A stretch of DNA of 32,389 nucleotides, from assembly GCA_002790315.1 (NCBI GenBank), contig PFUW01000020.1:1-32389 (forward strand). Reading direction: 5' to 3'. Positions 26,499 through 32,389 of this stretch are shown piece after piece. Positions within the stretch are counted from its first letter, which is position 1. Each line of letters starts with the position of its first letter. A program made the position numbers and the translations under genes. The stretch comes from Candidatus Huberarchaeum crystalense (GTDB lineage: Archaea; Huberarchaeota; Huberarchaeia; Huberarchaeales; Huberarchaeaceae). Under the pieces are notes generated by a model. It worked only from the letters and a program-made list of their open reading frames with translations. It was not told the DNA's origin and ran no database searches.

Positions 26499-27494
26499 AT
26501 GAACTCTCATTCTGAATTTGCTGAAAGATCTTCACCACAAATAGAAAGCTTGTCCCAGATAGTTTATGAAAAAAACTTTTCTCAACTTACTTCGCCAGTA
26601 GCTATTGCGATATTTTTAGCAAGTGTTGCTTTTTTTATTGGTTTTATTTATTTGCTTATTATTGGTAGTGATAATTTTGGATTGTATTTTATTCTTCTTT
26701 TGCTTTCTATTCCTGGTTTTTTTTTGGGTTTTGTTCGACAATACGGTCCCACAGAAAAGGCAGTAATTTATAGATTTGGCAATTTTTGCAGAACAATAGG
26801 TCCGGGTTGGGCAATTTTGCTTCCATTTATTGAAAATGAATATGCTATTGTTGATACGCGAGTTCATCAACAAACAAAATACAAAGTTATTGCTTATACA
26901 AAAGACGATGTGCCTATTGAATTTGATTTTGCTTATTATGTTCGGGTTGTTGATGCAAGCAAAGCAGTAATGAATGTAAACAACATAGAGCGCGCAATTT
27001 CAACATATATTTTTGGAAATGTGCGAGGAGTTGTTGGAAAAATTTTGATGCGCGAGATGTTTTCAGATATGGATAGTTTAGAAAATCTTTTAAAACCAGA
27101 ATTAGAAAAACACAGTTTAAGGTGGGGATTTGATGTTGAGAATGTTGAGATTTTGCATATTTCTCTTCCAAAGACAGTTTTTCAAGCACTTTCTGAGCCA
27201 ATCACTCAAGAGCAAAAAGCCATAGCTGCGCGCTTTGAAGCAGAAGCAAAGAGAGTTATAATAAATGTAGTTGGTGACTCTGCTAAAAATTTAAGCCCCC
27301 AAGCACTTACTTATATTTATATCCAAGCACTGAACAAATTAGGTCAGCAAGCTGGTTCTAAGATTGTTATACCAACAGATTATTCTTCAATGATGAATCT
27401 TGCGACAAATGCGTCTCTTGCTGCAGAAGCGATTGGTGGAAAAGCCAACCTAAAAAAAATAATATCTGATGTAGCAGACAATATTAAATGTTAA
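26499..27494 (+). CDS. SPFH/Band 7 (stomatin-like) membrane protein
   Basis: Two TMs, EKAVIYRFG, GPGWAILLPFIE, TKDDV, RGVVG, WGFDVENVEI. Confidence 0.9.
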   Translation: MNSHSEFAERSSPQIESLSQIVYEKNFSQLTSPVAIAIFLASVAFFIGFIYLLIIGSDNFGLYFILLLLSIPGFFLGFVRQYGPTEKAVIYRFGNFCRTIGPGWAILLPFIENEYAIVDTRVHQQTKYKVIAYTKDDVPIEFDFAYYVRVVDASKAVMNVNNIERAISTYIFGNVRGVVGKILMREMFSDMDSLENLLKPELEKHSLRWGFDVENVEILHISLPKTVFQALSEPITQEQKAIAARFEAEAKRVIINVVGDSAKNLSPQALTYIYIQALNKLGQQAGSKIVIPTDYSSMMNLATNASLAAEAIGGKANLKKIISDVADNIKC

Positions 27495-27615
27495 GTTTTT
27501 GTTTTGTTTTTTGATTTTGGGTGTGTTAGTGTGTTAAATAACCCTAATAAGAAATATAACTACAATAAGAAATAAGAAGGAGAAATATATTTGTAAAAAT
27601 CCCAAAACCCTAACA

Positions 27616-27662
27616 AGTAGTGCTTAAAGCATTTGTGGAATGAGTAGTGCTTAAAGCATTTG
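27616..27662. repeat. 20-bp direct repeat x2 (7-bp spacer)
   Basis: AGTAGTGCTTAAAGCATTTG at 27616-27635 and 27643-27662. Confidence 0.85.
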
Positions 27663-27777
27663 CTGAATTAACCTGCTTTTAAATGCAAATGCTTTTTTTC
27701 ACGCCAAATTTTTCTAAAATGCGTTTGCGCGCCCAACAATAAGCAACAATAAGCTCTTGCATACTTTCAAAAATCTT

Positions 27778-29649
27778 ATGCTTAAGTTTAATCTTTTTCC
27801 ATTTGAGAAAATACGTAGTGGCCAAGCTGAATTTATGAATGATGTTGCTGCTGCAATTGAAAATAGAAAAATCTTGTTAAGCCATGCGCCAACAGGAATT
27901 GGAAAAACAGTTTCAGCTTTGGTTCCTGCTGTTGAATATGCGTTGAAAAATGATAAAATTGTTTTCTTTTTGACATCAAAGCAATCTCAACACAAGATTG
28001 TAATTGAGACTTTGAAAAAAATGAGTAATATATCTGACTCTAAAATAAAAGTTGTTGACCTTATTTCAAAACAAGCAATGTGTCCGCGCGAAATTGCTGC
28101 TGAGCATCCTGCTCTTTTTTCAGATTTTTGTCGCCTTGATCAAAAAACAGGAAGATGTAAATATTTTATCAATAATAATAATCAATTTAAAGAAAAAATA
28201 AACAGCGAAATTTTGCATGTTGAAGAATTTAAAAAACTATGCTCAAACGAGTGGGTTTGCCCCCATAAATGTGCATTAGAATTAATATCTACAGCAAATG
28301 TTGTTGTTTGTGATTATAATTATTTATTTACAGACATATATGATAATTTTTCAGACAAGATAGGAAAATCATTGAGTGATTTTATTGTTATTATTGATGA
28401 AGCGCACAACCTTTCAAACCGCCTTGTTGATTATCTTAGCGGCGAACTTAATGTTGATATTTTAGATGGAGCAAGAAAAGAGGCACAAAAAATAGACAGA
28501 AAGGACTTGAGCCAAATTATAAAAAAATTGATTGGTTTTTTTGAAAGTCAGCCAAAAAATAAAGAAGTCAATGTATTACTTGGATTTTTAATTGACAAAC
28601 TCAATAATATTTTGAAAGAATCTCTAAATCCAATAGGTTTTGATGATTTTTTTGAAGAGCTTAAAAAAGCAGCTGATGAGGTGTTTGAACAAAAGGTTGC
28701 AGAAGAGTATTCAAAACTGAATTTTTTGAAAACTTTTTTAGAAGGGTGGAAAACTAACTCTCCTTGCTCTCGAATTTTTTCGTTTGTTGATTCACCTAAA
28801 CTTTCATACAAACTTTTAGATCCTTCTTCATTAAGTAACACAGTTTTATCAAAAGTTCATTCTGCAATCTTGATGAGCGGAACATTTTCACCTCCAGAAA
28901 TGTACGCAGACGTCTTAGGTATTTCAAATGAGCGCGCAATTTTTAAAATTTACCCTTCTTATTTTCCTCAAGAAAATCGCTTTGTCGCAGTGACAAAAAA
29001 TCTAACAAGTTTGTATTCTTATAGGAGCAAAGACATGTTCTATGCAATAGCTGAAAAAATTACAAATATTTCTAAAATTATTATTGAAAAAACAGGACAG
29101 AATATAGCTGTTTTTTTCCCCTCATATTTATTTTTAAATGAGGTGCAGCAATATATTGATGACAAACTAAAATCAAAACTAATTGTTGAGTTGAGGCATA
29201 TGCGCAAAACAGACAAAGAGAATTTATATAATCAGCTAAAATTTTTTCCAGGCAAAATTTTGTTTGGGGTAATTGCTGGTTCGCTTTCAGAAGGATTTGA
29301 CTATGAAAACAACTTACTGAAATGTGTTATAGTAGTTGGTTTGCCGTTAAATCCGCCAGATCTTTTTAGGAAAAATTTTCAAGAATATTATTGCAAAAAA
29401 TTTGGTAAGCGAAAAGGCATACTTTACAGCAACACATATCCTGCGATAAATAAAGCAGTGCAAGCAGGTGGGCGCGCAATTCGCAGCGAAACCGACCGTG
29501 CAATTATTGTGTTGATGGATTATAGATATATTTTTCCTGAGTATATGCAATGCCTTCCCCCAGAATGGAATGCAAGGTCAAGCGATAAAATTGAAGATCT
29601 TTGTGAAAAGTTTTTTGATAAAAATAATAGCTACAACAAAGAAAATTAA
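27778..29649 (+). CDS. xpd: XPD/Rad3/DinG-family FeS DNA helicase
   Basis: Q motif RSGQ, APTGIGKT, four FeS Cys, DYNY, DEAHN, MSGT, FFPSY, SEGFD, QAGGRAIRS. ATG at 27778. Confidence 0.92.
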   Translation: MLKFNLFPFEKIRSGQAEFMNDVAAAIENRKILLSHAPTGIGKTVSALVPAVEYALKNDKIVFFLTSKQSQHKIVIETLKKMSNISDSKIKVVDLISKQAMCPREIAAEHPALFSDFCRLDQKTGRCKYFINNNNQFKEKINSEILHVEEFKKLCSNEWVCPHKCALELISTANVVVCDYNYLFTDIYDNFSDKIGKSLSDFIVIIDEAHNLSNRLVDYLSGELNVDILDGARKEAQKIDRKDLSQIIKKLIGFFESQPKNKEVNVLLGFLIDKLNNILKESLNPIGFDDFFEELKKAADEVFEQKVAEEYSKLNFLKTFLEGWKTNSPCSRIFSFVDSPKLSYKLLDPSSLSNTVLSKVHSAILMSGTFSPPEMYADVLGISNERAIFKIYPSYFPQENRFVAVTKNLTSLYSYRSKDMFYAIAEKITNISKIIIEKTGQNIAVFFPSYLFLNEVQQYIDDKLKSKLIVELRHMRKTDKENLYNQLKFFPGKILFGVIAGSLSEGFDYENNLLKCVIVVGLPLNPPDLFRKNFQEYYCKKFGKRKGILYSNTYPAINKAVQAGGRAIRSETDRAIIVLMDYRYIFPEYMQCLPPEWNARSSDKIEDLCEKFFDKNNSYNKEN

Positions 29650-29712
29650 AGATGTTTGTTGTGGAGTTTTTGGCAAAAACAGCAATCAAAAAAAGTTAAA
29701 TTTAGATTAAGC

Positions 29713-31161
29713 TTACGCTAAATTAAATTTATTCTTAAAAACAGCCATTATTTTATCAATTTGCTCTTGAAGTTTTTTTTGCTCTGCTACATATTCTGTT
29801 TTTGGCACTATTGCTTTTTTGTGAAGCAATACACATTTTTTTAAATTTTCATTTGATTTATATTCAGGAGTTTTTTTGTTTTCACCTTCTTCACTTTTTC
29901 TATCTTTTGATGGTTTGCCTTCAAAAAGACGATCAAGCAATCGCAATCCACCTTCGTCGCTTTTTGGCTTTTCTTCAACTTTTTCATCAGGAAGTTTAAA
30001 ATCTAAACCAAGTTCACGCGCTAATTTTGCGACTTCTTCAAGTTCAGCTATGTCATTTGTTCCTGCTACTCCTTCAATATAATCATCTATCTCTTTTTTT
30101 AGGGAAGTGTCTTCAATAGAACGTTGCTGCAAGCAACATTCCCAGGGAGTTAATAAATAACCTGTTGCATTAATTTGAAAATACCAATTATTGGCACCTG
30201 TTGCTTCAACTCCAACAAAATTAAAAATCCAATATTTTTTTAATACTGGCTTAATTTCTTTTTTGAGCTCAAAACTCCAACTAAGACCACTACTTAACTT
30301 TACAGTTGTCATCCTAACAGGCACTCCTGCAAGCATATTTACTGCAACGTCAGAATCCATACTAGCATATACAGATGCAGGATCACCACTCATAAATTCA
30401 AGTCTTTTAATATTTTCAAGTACAGGCCGCAATTGTTTTTTATATAAAACAATCATTGATAGGTCGCGCGCAAGCTGCTCTATTGCTATTTTTTCTGTAA
30501 GTTTAAGATTTTCTTTCCAATATTTTCGCCATTCTAAAAATTCAGTTAATTTTTTTGCCAAAATATTTTTATATCTATCACTAAGTGTTGTGTCTTTTTG
30601 AATTTCTTCAACTGTTTCTGTTTTGATAAAATAGTCAGGAAGCATATAAAATGAAAGATCCTGTGCCATTTGATATATGCTTGATCTTCCTTTTTTTATA
30701 TCTACATTGTCAAGCCAAAGCGATTTTTGTATGCGTATTGTTTCCTTTTGTTTTTCAGGGTCTTTTGTATTTTCACTATCTTTTATAATATCTAGAAATT
30801 TTTTTGTTTCAATGCGATCTGCCATTGATTGATTGATTGCTTTGGTTGAAATACCAATTGCTTGCAAAAGTTGACTTGCTTGTTGCTGCTGGCTTGCTTT
30901 TTTTTGTTGAATTTCACCCCAACGAGTATCTATTTCTGAAGCATACCACTGCTCATCAAGCTTTCTTAAATNNNNNNNNNNNNNNNGCGGCTTAATTGGT
31001 CGTAGTTTGTAGTGTTTTGGGTCTAAGGCTTTGCTTATTGAAGTATAAGCAAATTTTCCTTTTTTCACAGTTTCTCCTTTTGATTTAAATTTTTCTTTGT
31101 ATTTTTCAACATATGCTGCTTGTTCTACACCTTCTAATTCTACAAATGTCTTACCACTCAT
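29713..31161 (-). CDS. Hypothetical helical/coiled-coil protein (spans N-gap)
   Basis: 482-aa ORF, charged and helical; WLDNVDIKKGR segment looks like a conserved motif. Continuity across the gap at 30972-30986 is not certain. Confidence 0.7.
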   Translation of the reverse strand: MSGKTFVELEGVEQAAYVEKYKEKFKSKGETVKKGKFAYTSISKALDPKHYKLRPIKPXXXXXXLRKLDEQWYASEIDTRWGEIQQKKASQQQQASQLLQAIGISTKAINQSMADRIETKKFLDIIKDSENTKDPEKQKETIRIQKSLWLDNVDIKKGRSSIYQMAQDLSFYMLPDYFIKTETVEEIQKDTTLSDRYKNILAKKLTEFLEWRKYWKENLKLTEKIAIEQLARDLSMIVLYKKQLRPVLENIKRLEFMSGDPASVYASMDSDVAVNMLAGVPVRMTTVKLSSGLSWSFELKKEIKPVLKKYWIFNFVGVEATGANNWYFQINATGYLLTPWECCLQQRSIEDTSLKKEIDDYIEGVAGTNDIAELEEVAKLARELGLDFKLPDEKVEEKPKSDEGGLRLLDRLFEGKPSKDRKSEEGENKKTPEYKSNENLKKCVLLHKKAIVPKTEYVAEQKKLQEQIDKIMAVFKNKFNLA

Positions 31162-31231
31162 AATTTATTTACAGGGCAAGAATCGCCTTTATAATCACTA
31201 TCTTTTTAAATAAATATATTATAATAACATT

Positions 31232-32389
31232 ATGGTAATATCTAAGGGTAATTCAAAGAACCTTGCAATGTTGGTGTTTAGTATATTGTTAATTAGTTTA
31301 TTGCTAACTTCAACTGTTGTTAGTGGGGGTGGTGGTGAAGGGCAAATATGCAATGCTAACAATCTGAGTAATTGCAGTATAAATAATATTATAGATAAGA
31401 ATATGGGTTGTTATAATGGTGTGTGTACTCTTCTTTGTGGGCAAGGTAGGCCTCTTTGTAAAGAGGGTCATAAATGTGGTGAACATGTTGACGGGAATCC
31501 TACTACTTATGCAGGAAGTTATTGCGTTAAAATATTAACTGTAACACCTGTAGTTATTGCCTCAGAAGGAGAATCAACAATAGGAAAATTATTTGCTTGG
31601 AAAATGCCGGCTGAAATTTTTCAGAGTTTTTTGATGAAGTTCTTAATAATGTTTTTGTTACTGCTTGCAATTGTTTATGTGGCACTACAAACTGCAAAAT
31701 TCCCTCGTGGAACTGGAGTAGAAGATGAGTTAGTTAATAAAAGCAGGTTTTTTATTGCAGTTATATTTGCTTTAATGGCAGCTATAGTTATAGCAGCAAA
31801 TCCAGGTCTTTTTCCTGCTGAAATTATAATGACTAAGTTTATGATATTTATATTTATGATTGTTTTGTATTTTATTATAATAGGGCTTGTTTTTAAGGAT
31901 GATCCTATTTTAAATGAGAGCCTTTTTANNNNNNNNNNNTTAGAAAATATTCCTGTTTGCCAAGATCCTACATGGAACGAAAAATTATGTAATGATGCTT
32001 CTCCAGGGAGTTGTTTGGCAGCAGATTATGCTTCTGGTCAGGTTGTCTGCTGTGAAAATGCGTATTCTTCCTCCTCTGGTAAGATAGGAAAATATAATTT
32101 GTGTAAAAGCATAGAAAAAAGTCAAAAAAATATTTTATTGCCAATGTACTCGCCAGGCACAACTAAGGATGATCTATCTGTTTGCAAATTTGATATGAAT
32201 TTGTCTATGCCTTTGCTAGGACATAATATGTGTGCTGTGCTTGGCGAGTTTCTTATTGGTCCAAAAACATATCAAGATTATAAAGGATTTTTGCAATTAG
32301 CTTGGCTTCTTGCAGCTGCACTTATTTTGATTGAGCTTTGGATGAAATTTAAAGACAAGTCAATATGGTTTTTTGGTGCTATATTTGGA
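31232..32389 (+). CDS. Cys-rich multipass membrane protein, 3'-partial (absent from ORF track)
   Basis: ATG at 31232, no stop to the window end, same frame on both sides of the N-gap. Signal peptide, first Cys-rich module, about 3 TMs, second Cys-rich module, further TM. Confidence 0.8.
   Translation, partial: MVISKGNSKNLAMLVFSILLISLLLTSTVVSGGGGEGQICNANNLSNCSINNIIDKNMGCYNGVCTLLCGQGRPLCKEGHKCGEHVDGNPTTYAGSYCVKILTVTPVVIASEGESTIGKLFAWKMPAEIFQSFLMKFLIMFLLLLAIVYVALQTAKFPRGTGVEDELVNKSRFFIAVIFALMAAIVIAANPGLFPAEIIMTKFMIFIFMIVLYFIIIGLVFKDDPILNESLFXXXXLENIPVCQDPTWNEKLCNDASPGSCLAADYASGQVVCCENAYSSSSGKIGKYNLCKSIEKSQKNILLPMYSPGTTKDDLSVCKFDMNLSMPLLGHNMCAVLGEFLIGPKTYQDYKGFLQLAWLLAAALILIELWMKFKDKSIWFFGAIFG

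Noticed and set aside
6844-27662. Short direct repeats as CRISPR arrays
   Set aside because: Only two copies each, 5-7 bp spacers, mutually unrelated, no cas genes.
4045-29649. Stop-codon reassignment
   Set aside because: Conserved genes are full length under the standard code and end in TAA, TAG or TGA.
671-32162. Numerous 60-216 aa antisense or alternate-frame ORFs (e.g. 4727..5170, 8154..8804, 30191..30601, 31968..32162)
   Set aside because: Shadows of well-supported genes with no independent motifs.

Overview
AT-rich (roughly 30% GC by eye) chromosomal scaffold with several N-gaps from a small-genome archaeon. It is most consistent with a DPANN lineage: archaeal uL1/uL10/uL29/uL15/uS12, SUI1, SecY, Hjc, ABCE1, XPD, fragmented ribosomal operons, three aminoacyl-tRNA synthetases, three intron-less tRNAs without encoded CCA, a bacterial-type gyrB and several Cys-rich surface proteins. 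Main observations: (1) The first ~3.1 kb looks like a degenerate integron, with an integrase C-terminal relic, an attI-like site, a ~2.64 kb cassette bounded by perfectly complementary core sites, and an attC hairpin. (2) That cassette carries a coupled operon of a Panacea/SocA-like protein, a PIN nuclease and a frameshifted TGT-like TIM-barrel protein, a candidate new toxin-antitoxin or defence module. (3) A tRNA-Pro has the anticodon AGG (A34), which archaea generally lack. (4) The palindrome GCGCGC occurs about once per kb in the host backbone but not in the cassette region, resembling a HIP1-type signal. (5) Smaller points: C33 in the initiator tRNA, Asp-to-Ala at the conserved uS12 GDIPG motif, an HD gene lacking ATG, an HsdS-like relic next to tRNA-Pro, and recurrent short duplications at gene borders. 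All family assignments are from motif recognition by eye; no searches were run.
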